Origin: an uncultured Spirochaetaceae bacterium
GTDB taxonomy: Bacteria; Spirochaetota; Spirochaetia; Sphaerochaetales; Sphaerochaetaceae
Length of the DNA: 64,000 nt
Assembly (NCBI GenBank): GCA_944392975.1
Contig: CALXYN010000002.1
Span: 1,105 to 65,104, forward strand
Direction of reading: 5' to 3'
This document shows, piece after piece, positions 9,690-20,162 of the stretch. Both the position numbers and the translations under genes were made by a program. The notes below the pieces were generated by a model. That model was not told the DNA's origin. It was given only the letters and a program-made list of their open reading frames with translations, and did not search any database. How positions within the stretch are numbered: position 1 is the first letter of the stretch; each line of letters begins with the position of its first letter.

Positions 9690-11663
9690 TTATTTGACAG
9701 CAAACTGTTTGGCAAGTGCCTCAAATTCATCTCCTTCAAGAACTTCTTTGTCGAGCAGGGCTGTGGCGATGTTTTCCAGTGCACTCCTGTTCTTTTTCAG
9801 ATTCTCAAGTACAGCGTTATAACGTTCGTTGATCATGCGTTCTGTTTCATTGTCGATGTATTCCTGAGTTGCCTCTGAATATTCTCTTGCACCTGAGACG
9901 CCGTCAATTCCGGAGTTTGTCTTCGGCAGTGTTATGTTCCTGAACTTGTCGGACATTCCATATTCCGTGATCATCTGACGTACTGTATCCGAGGCTCTGG
10001 AGATATCATTGCTGGCTCCTGTGGATATATCGCCAAAAATGACCTCTTCCGCAGCTCTTCCACCAAGAAGCACATCTACAGAACCAAGAAGCTCCGATTC
10101 TGAAAGCAGGAATCTGTCCTCTGTCGGATACTGCAGTGTATAGCCAAGCGCTCCGTAACCACGGGGTATGATGGAAATTTTAGTAACAGGGGATGATCCT
10201 GGAGTCAGGAATGCGGTCAGTGCATGTCCAGTCTCATGGTAAGCTACTCTTGTACGTTCTTTTTCATCGAGAATGCGGCTCTTCCTTTCAAGGCCCGCGA
10301 TAGATTTCTCGATAGCCTCCTCGAAATCTTCCTGCCTGATTGCACTGTGGCGTTTTCTGACAGCTTGTAGAGCTGCTTCGTTTGCGATATTTGCCAGATC
10401 AGCACCGGCAAGACCTGCGGAACCCTGTGCAATCTTTTTCAAATCGACGTTTGCATCGAGTTTCATGTCCTTTGTATGGATTCTGAGAATTGCCTCTCTT
10501 CCTGCAAGGTCCGGTTTGTCAACGAGCACCTGTCTATCGAAACGGCCAGGACGGAGAAGGGCAGGATCGAGTACTTCTGCGCGGTTTGTGGCTCCAAGAA
10601 TGATGACACCTGTACGTGAGTCGAATCCATCCATTTCCACAAGAAGCTGGTTCAGTGTCTGTTCCCTCTCATCATTGCCACCGATTGCCGCATCCGAACG
10701 CTTGCGTCCTATGGCATCAATTTCATCGATGAAGATGATACATGGGCTTTTCTCCTTTGCCTGCTTGAAAAGATCCCTTACACGGGCAGCACCCACACCG
10801 ACGAACATTTCGACGAAATCAGCACCGCTCATGCGGAAGAACGGTACACCGGCTTCTCCAGCAACAGCCTTTGCAAGAAGTGTCTTACCTGTTCCCGGAG
10901 GTCCTACAAGCAGGACGCCTTTTGGTATATGAGCGCCCATTTCCGTATATTTCTGCGGATTTTTCAGGAAGTCAACGACCTCCACCAGCTCTGCCTTTGC
11001 CTCATCTTCTCCTGCGACATCTGCAAATCTGATTCCGGTATCATTTTCAGCAACAAGCTTGCTCTTGTTCTGATTGAATGACATGACACCCTGTACCCCT
11101 CCTGTCATCCTCCTTGAGAGCCATGCGTAGAAAACGAAGAAAATCAGTATTGGCAGCAACATCGATATCAGATAGCTGAGCATTGAAGGCTCAGCAGGCT
11201 CTGTCGCATAGTATTCGACGCCCTTTGAGTCCAGAAGCGAGACAAAAGACGGGTCATCGATTCTGTATGTCTGGTATGCGATTATTGAAGAAGTATCGAT
11301 TGTCGATGGAATCTGCTTTGTTGCGGCAATTTCCCTGAGCGTGTTCAATGCCTCATTTTTTGTGACACCATAACCTATATACTGGTCACCATCAAATGCA
11401 ACCTGAACAATCCTGCCTTCTTCGATATATTGCTTGAACTGGCTGTAATCAATGCTGACAGCTTCATTGAGATTGTGTGAGAAGAAAAGATTATTGAAGA
11501 TTATAATCAGAATGAAAGCTATGATGAAATACCAGATGGAGAAAGTGAATTTCTTCCGTGTATTCTTATTTCCATCTCCAGTATGAAGACCAGGTTCCTC
11601 TTCATTTTTCCTGTGCTTGTTTTCAGATGCCTCAAGCATCATGTCTTTCTTGTCAGTTTCCAT
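9690..11663 (-). CDS. ftsH: ATP-dependent zinc metalloprotease FtsH
   Basis: Walker A GPPGTGKT, Walker [10 protein letters not shown], an SRH region, the zinc motif HETGHAL, and an N-terminal TM pair. Confidence 0.97.
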   Translation of the reverse strand: METDKKDMMLEASENKHRKNEEEPGLHTGDGNKNTRKKFTFSIWYFIIAFILIIIFNNLFFSHNLNEAVSIDYSQFKQYIEEGRIVQVAFDGDQYIGYGVTKNEALNTLREIAATKQIPSTIDTSSIIAYQTYRIDDPSFVSLLDSKGVEYYATEPAEPSMLSYLISMLLPILIFFVFYAWLSRRMTGGVQGVMSFNQNKSKLVAENDTGIRFADVAGEDEAKAELVEVVDFLKNPQKYTEMGAHIPKGVLLVGPPGTGKTLLAKAVAGEAGVPFFRMSGADFVEMFVGVGAARVRDLFKQAKEKSPCIIFIDEIDAIGRKRSDAAIGGNDEREQTLNQLLVEMDGFDSRTGVIILGATNRAEVLDPALLRPGRFDRQVLVDKPDLAGREAILRIHTKDMKLDANVDLKKIAQGSAGLAGADLANIANEAALQAVRKRHSAIRQEDFEEAIEKSIAGLERKSRILDEKERTRVAYHETGHALTAFLTPGSSPVTKISIIPRGYGALGYTLQYPTEDRFLLSESELLGSVDVLLGGRAAEEVIFGDISTGASNDISRASDTVRQMITEYGMSDKFRNITLPKTNSGIDGVSGAREYSEATQEYIDNETERMINERYNAVLENLKKNRSALENIATALLDKEVLEGDEFEALAKQFAVK

Positions 11664-11760
11664 TTCAGTACCTTTTATATATTTAAAAGTACTAACATTT
11701 TATGAAACCGGCATGCTGTTGAATGTGTAGTGTCTGTGAAGTCGAGACGCAAACAGGAGA

Positions 11761-13062
11761 ATGGGATATAATCCTCTCATGGGAAAGAGCAAAAAGACAC
11801 GATGGACATTGGAGAAAAGAGAGGCTTGGCTAATAACATCTGTTGTGACGCTGACATTCATTATTCTCCTTGTATTTCTTGTCTTCATGTCCTTTCTCGT
11901 GATCTCCTCTGAGAATCTCAGGCTTGAGAATGCTGTTGAAAGAGCTTTCAGTGATGTGCTTGTCGCACTACAGAGGGGGGAGGCGAGTGTTCCTGTGACA
12001 ATGCAGGATCGCAATGTCCTCGGATTTGGCTATTACACTCATACTGGCAATCCGATTTATACATGGGGAGAGGCTTATCGTATTCTTCCATTTTCAGCTT
12101 TTGATGACAGCTCGAGCATACACGATACAATGATTTCCTTTGATCCTGACACAGGTATCATCGAGTGTATGCGTTATGCTGAATCGATGACTTTTGATCT
12201 TGAGAATCTGTTCCGTCGAAATGGAAGCGTACTTGAACTTCCGGATATCATCTATCTTTCGTTTGATGCTTCGGAGTTCATGGAACAGGTATCATTTGCC
12301 CGCGCAGTCGCTGGTTGCTGTATTGTTGTCGTCGTTGTCATCTATGCCCTGATTATGAAAATACTCGGGGATAACAGGCGTATCAGGGAGTCTGTGCGTA
12401 AAAAGGAGAATCTCATCAGCCTCGGCGAGGCTGCAAGGACCCTCACTCATGAGATAAAGAATCCTCTTTCCGCAATCACGATTCAGCTTGCGATATTGAA
12501 AAGGGAGGTAGGTCCGGAGGTGCTTCCCGATGTGATGATCATCGATCAGGAGACTGAGAGGCTTAGAAAGCTCACGAACAGAGTTTCTGAGTTTCTGCGT
12601 AATCCTGTCGGGCAGCCAGAGGTTCTCAATCTCGTTGAAGAGATAAGAGCCCTTGTCCCAGTCTTCCATGGTTCTGTGGTAATGAAAGAGCCGGAATTCA
12701 AGGAAGCTCCCGTTCTTTTTGACAAGGAAAAGCTCCGTTCTGTACTGGAAAACCTGATGAAGAATGCTGTCGAAGCTTGTGATGGCATGAAGCTTGATGT
12801 TGAAATGGAAATACAGAAAGAGGGGAGAAAAGCTTTTCACGTGTTTATCCGTGACAGAGGCTGTGGGATAAAACATGAGGATCAGAAGAGGATTTTCGAT
12901 CCGTTTTTCACGACGAAGATCTATGGATCCGGAATCGGGCTTTCAATCTGTTCCCAGTTCGTGGAGGCCGCTGGTGGAAGTCTGTCACTCAGGCCAAGGG
13001 ATGGCGGCGGGACTGTTGCTGAGGCTGTATTTCCCCGTTATCACGGAGTTGTTGGAAAATAA
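11761..13062 (+). CDS. Sensor histidine kinase (NtrB/AtoS-like)
   Basis: Two TM segments, H-box THEIKNPLSAI, and N/G boxes (NLMKNAVEA, DRGCGI, GSGIGLSI). The start could alternatively be the ATG at 11779. Confidence 0.85.
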   Translation: MGYNPLMGKSKKTRWTLEKREAWLITSVVTLTFIILLVFLVFMSFLVISSENLRLENAVERAFSDVLVALQRGEASVPVTMQDRNVLGFGYYTHTGNPIYTWGEAYRILPFSAFDDSSSIHDTMISFDPDTGIIECMRYAESMTFDLENLFRRNGSVLELPDIIYLSFDASEFMEQVSFARAVAGCCIVVVVVIYALIMKILGDNRRIRESVRKKENLISLGEAARTLTHEIKNPLSAITIQLAILKREVGPEVLPDVMIIDQETERLRKLTNRVSEFLRNPVGQPEVLNLVEEIRALVPVFHGSVVMKEPEFKEAPVLFDKEKLRSVLENLMKNAVEACDGMKLDVEMEIQKEGRKAFHVFIRDRGCGIKHEDQKRIFDPFFTTKIYGSGIGLSICSQFVEAAGGSLSLRPRDGGGTVAEAVFPRYHGVVGK

Positions 13063-13071
13063 AGGAAACAT

Positions 13072-14403
13072 ATGAGAGTATTGATATGTGACGATGAAGA
13101 GAATATCAGAAACCTGATGCAGCGCTTTCTGAGAATGGAAGGACTTGATTCTGATACAGCTGAGAATGGCATTTCCGCAAAGAGGCTTCTCAGGGAAAAT
13201 CCGTATGATGCCGTTCTGATGGATCTCAGAATGCCGGGAATGAGCGGTCTGGAAGTGATCAGCTGGATGCGAGGAGAGGGTTTTCGTATTCCTGTAATAA
13301 TGATCAGCGCTCATGGAGATGTCTCGGATGCTGTCGCGGCTTTGAAGCAGGGAGCTCAGGACTATATTGTCAAGCCATTTGATCCGGAAGAGGTCGTGAT
13401 AAGAATAAAGAGCCTTGTTGAGGCAGAAGGCCTGAGAAGAATTGCTGAGAATGAACGACCTGATGAAAGTGGACTGATTGGTGAAAGTCCTGAAATGATT
13501 GCTGTTAAACGGATAATATCCCGCATAGCCACATCCTCTGCCACCGTTCTCATAACAGGTGAATCCGGAACTGGAAAGGAAGTCGTTGCAAGAGAAATTC
13601 ACAGACAGTCCAGAATGGCAAGCGATCCATTTGTTGCGATAAATATCGGAGGTGTTCCTGAGAATCTACTTGAATCAGAGCTTTTTGGATATGAAAAGGG
13701 GGCATTCACAGGTGCGGTTCAGCGAAAAACAGGTCTTTTTGAGCTGGCAGCAGGCGGCACTCTTTTTCTTGATGAGATTGGTGACATGCCCATTTCATTG
13801 CAGGTGAAGATTCTCCGGGTGCTTCAGGAGAGGCGTATTACAAGATTGGGCGGAACAGAACCGATTCCCATCAATGCGAGAATAATAGCGGCGACGAACA
13901 AGAACCTTGAAAAACTTGTTGTGGAAGGAACGTTCAGAGAAGACCTTTTTTATCGTCTCAACGTCGTGAGAATACAGCTGCCACCTCTTCGCGACAGGAA
14001 GAGTGATATCCCGATTCTTGCCGCATACATTGTCTCCCAGTACAGCAAGAAGATGGGCGGAAGGGTGACTGGATTCACTCCGGAGGCCCTGGACGCGCTG
14101 AAAAACCATAGTTTTTACGGCAATGTAAGGGAGCTGGAGAATATCATTGAGCGGGCAATCATCTTCGCAGATTCGGATACAATTGATGTTACAGATCTGG
14201 ATCTCAGGACTTCCGGTGTTCATAGCGTTTCATCGAATGAAGGAAATGGGCCTGTAAGCTTCACTCTCAGGGATGCTGAGAAGAATGCAATTGTACAGTC
14301 TCTGCAGCGCTGGGAAGGTAACAGGACAAAAGCTGCAAAGGAACTGGGAATTTCCCGGAGAACACTCATCAGCAAGATACAGGAATATGGCATAGAGCTG
14401 TAG
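13072..14403 (+). CDS. Sigma-54-dependent response regulator (NtrC family)
   Basis: Receiver domain (DLRMPGMSG), AAA+ domain with GESGTGKE and the sigma-54 contact loop GAFTGA, and a C-terminal Fis-type HTH (AAKELGISRRTL). Confidence 0.92.
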   Translation: MRVLICDDEENIRNLMQRFLRMEGLDSDTAENGISAKRLLRENPYDAVLMDLRMPGMSGLEVISWMRGEGFRIPVIMISAHGDVSDAVAALKQGAQDYIVKPFDPEEVVIRIKSLVEAEGLRRIAENERPDESGLIGESPEMIAVKRIISRIATSSATVLITGESGTGKEVVAREIHRQSRMASDPFVAINIGGVPENLLESELFGYEKGAFTGAVQRKTGLFELAAGGTLFLDEIGDMPISLQVKILRVLQERRITRLGGTEPIPINARIIAATNKNLEKLVVEGTFREDLFYRLNVVRIQLPPLRDRKSDIPILAAYIVSQYSKKMGGRVTGFTPEALDALKNHSFYGNVRELENIIERAIIFADSDTIDVTDLDLRTSGVHSVSSNEGNGPVSFTLRDAEKNAIVQSLQRWEGNRTKAAKELGISRRTLISKIQEYGIEL

Positions 14404-14448
14404 CTGTTTATCGAGGAAAGGGCTAGAATCCAGAGAGAGAGGTAAAAA

Positions 14449-15399
14449 ATGAAGAAACTCATTGTTTATATAATGGTTATGTTCCTTGCTGTTGTTTCGC
14501 TTTCCGCTGCTGATGTTTCTGTTGCTGCTCTTAAAGGGCCGACAGCCATGGGTATGGTGAAGCTTATGAGTGAGAGCGAGCAGGGAAGTGTAGGTGGAAA
14601 CGACTATTCATTCCAGCTTGAAGGAGCTGCAGATGCTGTTGTTCCTCTTCTTGTAAAGGGTGATGTTGATATCGCTGCAATTCCAGGTAACCTTTCATCC
14701 GTTCTATATGCTCGTACAAACGGTGGAATCGAAGTCGTTGGAATAAACACTCTGGGAGTTCTCTACATCGTTGAGAATGGAAACAGTGTCAATTCTGTTG
14801 AAGATCTGAGAGGCCGTACAATCTACTCAGCTGGAAAGGGAGCGACACCTGAATATGCATTGCAGTACATTCTTGCCGCAAATGGGCTTGAGGTTGGTAA
14901 GGATGTTTACATTGAATGGAAGAGCGAGCATGCAGAGTGTGTTGCAGCTCTTAAGGCTGATCCAAGTGGGGTTGCCATGCTTCCACAGCCATTTGCCACA
15001 ACTGCAATGATGTCTAACCCTGACATCAGGATAGCTCTGGACCTTAATGATATCTGGGAGGAAAGTGTCGGCTCCGTACTTATTACAGGTGTAACGGTTG
15101 TGCGCCGTGACTGGAGAGAATCTAATCCTGAAGCACTCACTTCCTTCCTTGAAAGCTACAAGGCCTCTGTTGATTATGCAAATAGCGATATCGATGGAGC
15201 TGCAGCCCTTATCGGTGAGTATGGAATCGTACCGGAAAAAGTTGCCAAGAGCGCACTTCCGTATTGTCAGGTAACGCTCATTACAGGCGAAGAGATGAAA
15301 ACAGCGCTTTCCGAGTATCTTGGAATTCTCTATGCTCAGAATCCTCAGAGTATAGGTGGAGCGCTCCCAGGTGATGACTTCTACTATACGGGAGAATAA
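14449..15399 (+). CDS. ABC transporter substrate-binding protein (NMT1/THI5, nitrate/sulfonate/taurine-like family)
   Basis: Signal peptide, overall family resemblance, and an operon with an SsuC/TauC-type permease and an ATPase. Confidence 0.7.
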   Translation: MKKLIVYIMVMFLAVVSLSAADVSVAALKGPTAMGMVKLMSESEQGSVGGNDYSFQLEGAADAVVPLLVKGDVDIAAIPGNLSSVLYARTNGGIEVVGINTLGVLYIVENGNSVNSVEDLRGRTIYSAGKGATPEYALQYILAANGLEVGKDVYIEWKSEHAECVAALKADPSGVAMLPQPFATTAMMSNPDIRIALDLNDIWEESVGSVLITGVTVVRRDWRESNPEALTSFLESYKASVDYANSDIDGAAALIGEYGIVPEKVAKSALPYCQVTLITGEEMKTALSEYLGILYAQNPQSIGGALPGDDFYYTGE

Positions 15400-16132
15400 G
15401 CTCTTCAAAGCCGGAGGAGTAGTCTTCTGGCTGATTATATGGGAAGGAGCTTCTCTTTTAATAAACGAGGAGCTCTTCCTTCCATCTCCAGTACGCGTTG
15501 CTGTACGTCTTTTTCAGCTTCTTCCTGAAGCTTCATTCTGGAGTGCTGTTTTCTTCACGCTTTTCAGGATACTTCTCGGATTTCTGCTCTCTGTTTTGAC
15601 TGCAAGCATCCTTGCTTCTCTTTCGTACCGTTTCCCTCTGGTCTCGATACTCTCTTCTCCTCTTGTGAAGACAGTGAGGGCAACTCCTGTTGCTTCAATA
15701 GTCATTCTTGTTCTTGTCTGGGTTCATAGCCGCAATCTCTCTGTTGTGATTTCCTTCCTGATGGTCTTTCCCGTTGTCTATACGAATATCCTTGAAGGGC
15801 TTGTTTCAACTGACAAGGATCTTATCGAGGCTGCCAGTGTGTATAGAATCACGAGGCTGAAGAGAATCAGATATATCTATCTTCCTTCACTTTCCCCTTA
15901 TATCCAGAGTGCCATAAGCACATCTCTTGGACTTGCCTGGAAGAGTGGTATTGCCGCAGAGGTCATCGGACTTCCTGATGGATCAATTGGGGAAAGAGTT
16001 TATGAGGCAAAAATCTATCTCTCAACCCCTGATCTGTTTGCCTGGACTGTAGTCATAATAATCCTCGCATTCCTTTTCGAGAGATTTTTCCTGTTTGTTT
16101 CATCATCTCTCTTGAGGAGGGCTGAGTCATGA
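15374..16132 (+). CDS. ABC transporter permease (SsuC/TauC type)
   Basis: Six hydrophobic segments and the EAA-like loop LIEAASVYRITRLKRIRYIYLP. The start is taken at MTSTIRENK, although the ORF is open from 15356. Confidence 0.8.
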   Translation: MTSTIRENKLFKAGGVVFWLIIWEGASLLINEELFLPSPVRVAVRLFQLLPEASFWSAVFFTLFRILLGFLLSVLTASILASLSYRFPLVSILSSPLVKTVRATPVASIVILVLVWVHSRNLSVVISFLMVFPVVYTNILEGLVSTDKDLIEAASVYRITRLKRIRYIYLPSLSPYIQSAISTSLGLAWKSGIAAEVIGLPDGSIGERVYEAKIYLSTPDLFAWTVVIIILAFLFERFFLFVSSSLLRRAES

Positions 16133-16689
16133 AAGTGTATATAAAGGAAAAACGTTTCGGCGATAAAGTAATATTCCATGATTCTCAGTTTTCAGTTCCA
16201 TCAGGTTCCAGAACTGCAATTCTTGGTCCTTCAGGGGTTGGCAAGACAACGCTCATGCGTATTATGGCTGGACTGGATAATGACTTTTCCGGAAGTATTG
16301 AGGATGGCCCATCTTTTCCGGTTGTTCTCTTTCAGGAGGACAGGCTTTCAGAGAGAATTTCTGTTTTATCAAATCTGCTGGCAGTTACGAAAGACAGGGA
16401 AAAAGCTGAGCATGTGCTTTCTGAATTAGCTCTTTCAGGGGAAGAGAAGCAGCATATTCATGAGCTTTCCGGAGGAATGAGGCGCCGGGTTGCAATTGCA
16501 AGGATGCTGCTCCTTGATGCCGACTGTATCTTCCTTGATGAGCCTTTCCGCGGTCTTGATGATGACATGAGACGTCGGGTTGCGGGGATTATCAGCAAAC
16601 ATGTAGAGAACAGGACACTTGTACTAATCACTCATGATGAGGATGAACTTGAGCTTCTTAAGACCGACAGAATCATTAGACTGGGTTAG
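16129..16689 (+). CDS. ABC transporter ATP-binding protein (compact, 186 aa)
   Basis: Walker A GPSGVGKTT, signature LSGGMRRR, Walker B IFLDEPF, and an H-loop ITHD. Confidence 0.85.
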   Translation: MKVYIKEKRFGDKVIFHDSQFSVPSGSRTAILGPSGVGKTTLMRIMAGLDNDFSGSIEDGPSFPVVLFQEDRLSERISVLSNLLAVTKDREKAEHVLSELALSGEEKQHIHELSGGMRRRVAIARMLLLDADCIFLDEPFRGLDDDMRRRVAGIISKHVENRTLVLITHDEDELELLKTDRIIRLG

Positions 16690-16750
16690 AACGGTACAGG
16701 TTGACCCCTTATCTTGAAATGGGCATCATCATATAGAATTGAGGTGAAAA

Positions 16751-17857
16751 ATGGCACTTAACTGTGGAATAGTAGGTCTTCCTAATGTAGGAAAATCAAC
16801 AATATTCTCTGCAGTCACATCGGCTCCTGCAGAGGCTGCTAATTATCCTTTCTGTACAATAGATCCGAATATCGGTATCGTTGCCGTTCCAGACAAGAGG
16901 CTTGATGAGATTTCTCGTCTTATTCCATCGAAAAAGATAACTCCTGCGACTGTCGAGTTTGTTGATATCGCGGGACTTGTAAAGGGTGCATCCCAGGGTG
17001 AAGGTCTTGGCAACAGATTCCTCGCATCGATAAGGGAAGTCGGAGTCATTGCACATGTTGTCAGATGCTTTGACAATCCTGATATCGTTCATGTTTCCAA
17101 CCGCATCGATCCTGCTTCCGATATTGAGACCATCAATATAGAGCTTTCACTGGCTGATCTCGAGACTGTACAGAAGCGCTATGACAAGACTTCTAAGCTT
17201 TCACGTATCTCGAAAGAACAGCAGAAGGAGAATGAGAAGGTCCTTCCTATTTATGAACGTCTGATAAAATGCCTTGAAGAGGGAATCCCTGCACGTTCCC
17301 TTAACCTCGATGAGGACGAACTGGCGCTTGTTTACGATCTGCATCTGATTACACTGAAGCCTGTCATCTATGTTTGCAACGTCGATGAGAATAGCATTTC
17401 AGAAGACAATGAGTACGTGAAGATCGTCCGCGGTATTGCCGCAAAGGAGAATGCTCCGGTTGTTGTCATCTGCGGAAAGATAGAGTCAGAGATTGCTGCA
17501 TTGGATTCAGCAGAGGAAAGGCAGGAATTCCTTGAGGCTTCCGGATTGACGGAAAGCGGCCTTAATCCTCTTATCCGTGCTGCGTATTCTGCACTGGGAC
17601 TGAGGACATTCTTCACAGCAGGTCCTGATGAGGACAGAGCCTGGACATTCCATGAGGGATCAAAAGCTCCCCAGTGTGCTGGAATCATTCACTCGGATTT
17701 CGAGAAAGGGTTCATTAAAGCTGAAGTCTACAGTGTCGATGACCTCATACAGTATGGTTCAGAAGCTCATGTACGTGAAGCTGGAAAGCTTCGTCTTGAA
17801 GGCAAGGAGTATGTTGTTCAGGATGGCGATATCGTCTTCTTCCGCTTCAATGTATGA
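16751..17857 (+). CDS. ychF: Ribosome-binding ATPase YchF
   Basis: [10 protein letters not shown]-loop, 368 aa, and a conserved C-terminal TGS-like [14 protein letters not shown]. Confidence 0.95.
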   Translation: MALNCGIVGLPNVGKSTIFSAVTSAPAEAANYPFCTIDPNIGIVAVPDKRLDEISRLIPSKKITPATVEFVDIAGLVKGASQGEGLGNRFLASIREVGVIAHVVRCFDNPDIVHVSNRIDPASDIETINIELSLADLETVQKRYDKTSKLSRISKEQQKENEKVLPIYERLIKCLEEGIPARSLNLDEDELALVYDLHLITLKPVIYVCNVDENSISEDNEYVKIVRGIAAKENAPVVVICGKIESEIAALDSAEERQEFLEASGLTESGLNPLIRAAYSALGLRTFFTAGPDEDRAWTFHEGSKAPQCAGIIHSDFEKGFIKAEVYSVDDLIQYGSEAHVREAGKLRLEGKEYVVQDGDIVFFRFNV

Positions 17858-17863
17858 TTGTTC

Positions 17864-17886
17864 GCTCTCCTTCGGGAGAGCTTTTT
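17864..17886 (+). terminator. Rho-independent terminator after ychF
   Basis: GCTCTCC-ttcg-GGAGAGC followed by TTTTT. Confidence 0.8.
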
Positions 17887-17890
17887 CTTA

Positions 17891-18625
17891 TCATAGCCCG
17901 ATGGTGTAACTGTATCTGTTGCCTGGGTAGAAACTTATGGAGACTTCAAGAGGGGAGGAATTCTGATCATAGCTTTTCCTGCAACGTTTGAATACAGCGT
18001 CTCCTTCCTTGATTTTCAGTGACTCTGACAGTGTTTTGTCAGCAATCACCGCTTCCAGTGTATCTGTCGCTTTCGCCACTGTTATCCCATGTTCTTTGTA
18101 GAGGTATTCGTATAGGGAGGACATATAGCAGGCGGGGTCTTCCGGAAGATTCCGTGAGGCTGGTATATAGGTTGTGGAGAAGACTATCGGAGCATCCTCT
18201 GCTGCCCGGATTCTCTCGATTTTCAGGCATTTCCCGCTAAACGAATCTCCGAAGAGGTTTGCAACGTTTTGAGGTGGCGTTACATAGGATGTTTTGCATC
18301 TGACTGTCTCCATCTCAATGCCATGTTCCTCCATTTCCTGAGAAAAGCTTTTTATTCCCTTCAATGTTTCCGCTATCTTCTTGTATGCGACAATCGTACC
18401 GATTCCAGGCTGGCCCTTCACATAGCCGTCTGAAGCAAGGTTCTGCAATGCCTGACGTACTGTTATCCTGCTGACACTGTATTCTCTCATGTATTCTGAT
18501 TCGGCAGGAAGGATATCACCAAAAGAGTATTCTCCGTTATCGATGCTCTCTTTGATGATTGTTTCTATCTGTTTATAAAGAGGCATTGCTCCTCTTGTCC
18601 TGTCAAGCATATTCTTCTTCATCAC
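17891..18625 (-). CDS. GntR family transcriptional regulator (HutC subfamily, UTRA effector domain)
   Basis: N-terminal wHTH (PLYKQIE...LPAESEYMREYSVSRITVRQAL) plus a ~150-aa C-terminal domain of UTRA size. Confidence 0.85.
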   Translation of the reverse strand: MMKKNMLDRTRGAMPLYKQIETIIKESIDNGEYSFGDILPAESEYMREYSVSRITVRQALQNLASDGYVKGQPGIGTIVAYKKIAETLKGIKSFSQEMEEHGIEMETVRCKTSYVTPPQNVANLFGDSFSGKCLKIERIRAAEDAPIVFSTTYIPASRNLPEDPACYMSSLYEYLYKEHGITVAKATDTLEAVIADKTLSESLKIKEGDAVFKRCRKSYDQNSSPLEVSISFYPGNRYSYTIGL

Positions 18626-18690
18626 ATTTAATGTTATAATATTATGAAATTTTGATTGTCAACTGAAGATTTGCAAAATAAACTTAAGTC

Positions 18691-19278
18691 ATGAAGCTTT
18701 TTATATTTGATTGCGGAGAAGTTATTCTGAACAATGTCGATGCATTTGTTCCATTTGCAGAGCTTATTGGTATACCACACGAAGAGCTCCTTTCAGATTA
18801 TGCGTTTTATGAAATGCCTTTGATGGATGGCTACATGAAAGTTGAGGATTATTACAGGCATCTTGAGGCGAAATACCGCATCCGGATTACAGATGATCCG
18901 TTTGCCCGTTTTTTTAACCCGTCCTTGAATCTGGGAATGCTTTCGAATGTACAGAAACTGAGAAACAAAGGATACAGGTGCGTTGTCGGTTCAAATACAT
19001 TTGCCCCTCATTGGGATAAGATATTAAAAATGGATGGAAATCCTCTTGGATGTTTTGATGCACTCTATCCTTCCCATCTTGTACATCTTTCAAAACCAGA
19101 ACCGGCATTTTTCAGGTACATATGCAAGAATGAGAATATCGCATACGAAGATGCGGCGCTAATTGATGACCGCAAAGAAAACACGGATGCGGCAAAGTCC
19201 GTAGGACTCACAGTTCTTGAGTATTCGGGGCCGGACAAGGACAAAAAAGCAGCTGAGTTCTTCTCCCGTTTCCTGTAA
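18691..19278 (+). CDS. HAD superfamily hydrolase
   Basis: Motif I is FIFDCGEV, which is DxG-type with Cys in place of the second Asp. Motif IV-like IDDRKEN is also present. Confidence 0.6.
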   Translation: MKLFIFDCGEVILNNVDAFVPFAELIGIPHEELLSDYAFYEMPLMDGYMKVEDYYRHLEAKYRIRITDDPFARFFNPSLNLGMLSNVQKLRNKGYRCVVGSNTFAPHWDKILKMDGNPLGCFDALYPSHLVHLSKPEPAFFRYICKNENIAYEDAALIDDRKENTDAAKSVGLTVLEYSGPDKDKKAAEFFSRFL

Positions 19279-19304
19279 AAAAATCCCAGCATTTTCTGCT
19301 GGGA
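19277..19304. terminator. Bidirectional terminator hairpin (T7 tract on the minus strand, serving rpsD)
   Basis: AAAAAAA-TCCCAGCA-ttttc-TGCTGGGA. On the minus strand the hairpin is followed by TTTTTTT. Confidence 0.75.
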
Positions 19305-19441
19305 CCGATTGCCTTTTTCCATACTCTTTTCTTGAGGGCAGCCGTCAGAGTAGGTGTCCGGAGAGGGCGGAAGTGGAATGTGGCCACATCTCCTTCGCGC
19401 TGCTGTATGTGGGACAGCATCAGGCGTTCTATTGAAGACTT

Positions 19442-20035
19442 TTACCTTGAGTAGAACTCAACTACGAGCTGGTCGTTGACCTGAATAGGAACTTCGTTTC
19501 TCTCAGGAAGTCTTGTGAGCTTGCCAGAGAACTCGTCTGTGTTCTTCTCAAAATATGGAAGATTGAAAGCCGGGTGGCCAAGGAAGCACTCCTTGAAAAG
19601 CTCGTTGTTTCTTGACTTCTCCTTGAGAGAGATTACGTCACCAACGTTGATCTGGTAGGAAGGGATGTCAACCTTCTTTCCATTAACGAGGATGTGTCCG
19701 TGTGAAACAAGCTGGCGAGCAAGTCTGATTGAGTTGCCGAAACCGATGCGGTAAACAGCATTGTCAAGTCTTCTCTCAAGAGAGATGACGAGAGCATCGC
19801 CTGTGTTCATGCTGGACTTGAGAGCCTTTTCAAAATACTTGTGAAGCTGCTTCTCGAGAATGCCATAGTAAGCCTTAAGCTTCTGCTTCTCTGTGAGCTG
19901 TCTGCTGTAATCTGTAGGCTTCTTCCTCTTTGCGAAAGCAGGGGAGTTTGCCCTGTCCATTGCCTTGGGGTGTCCACATACATTAACCCCGAGTCTTCTG
20001 CACTGCTTGAATCTAGGACCTGTGTATCTTGCCAT
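19442..20035 (-). CDS. rpsD: 30S ribosomal protein S4
   Basis: [16 protein letters not shown]... is a canonical S4 N-terminus, and an S4 RNA-binding domain is present. Confidence 0.97.
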   Translation of the reverse strand: MARYTGPRFKQCRRLGVNVCGHPKAMDRANSPAFAKRKKPTDYSRQLTEKQKLKAYYGILEKQLHKYFEKALKSSMNTGDALVISLERRLDNAVYRIGFGNSIRLARQLVSHGHILVNGKKVDIPSYQINVGDVISLKEKSRNNELFKECFLGHPAFNLPYFEKNTDEFSGKLTRLPERNEVPIQVNDQLVVEFYSR

Positions 20036-20093
20036 AGATTTTACCCTCCAGTAAACAAGTGTCAGTTTTATGCTGTGTCAGCACAGCAGCAAT

Positions 20094-20123
20094 AATCTAC
20101 GGCAGAGACGGGGTTCGTGTCAA
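20094..20123 (-). promoter_or_regulatory. Candidate sigma-70 promoter for rpsD
   Basis: On the minus strand: TTGACA (20123-20118), 18 nt, TAGATT (20099-20094). A leader hairpin GCTGTG-ctga-CACAGC follows. Confidence 0.4.
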
Positions 20124-20162
20124 TTATCAGGTTGAAAGTTTCAGCGCTGCAATGACTTATGA

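Noticed and set aside
10273-10932. A 219-aa ORF antisense to ftsH; similar cases are 39384-40139 and 39797-40420 in glyA, 33222-33788 in livG, 12292-12876 in the kinase gene, and 22634-23197 in topA.
   Set aside because: These are shadow ORFs on the opposite strand of strongly supported conserved genes. They are low-complexity or Ser/Arg/Cys-rich translations with no RBS or independent support.
14404-14448. An expected sigma-54 (-24 GG / -12 GC) promoter or a TPP-type riboswitch ahead of the NMT1/THI5-like binding-protein gene.
   Set aside because: The gap is only 45 nt and has no GG-N10-GC element or riboswitch core sequences.
19208-19435. Two ~70-aa ORFs in the HAD/rpsD intergenic region.
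   Set aside because: They overlap each other and the terminator, and have no RBS and odd composition. The region is treated instead as a possible structured 3' UTR.
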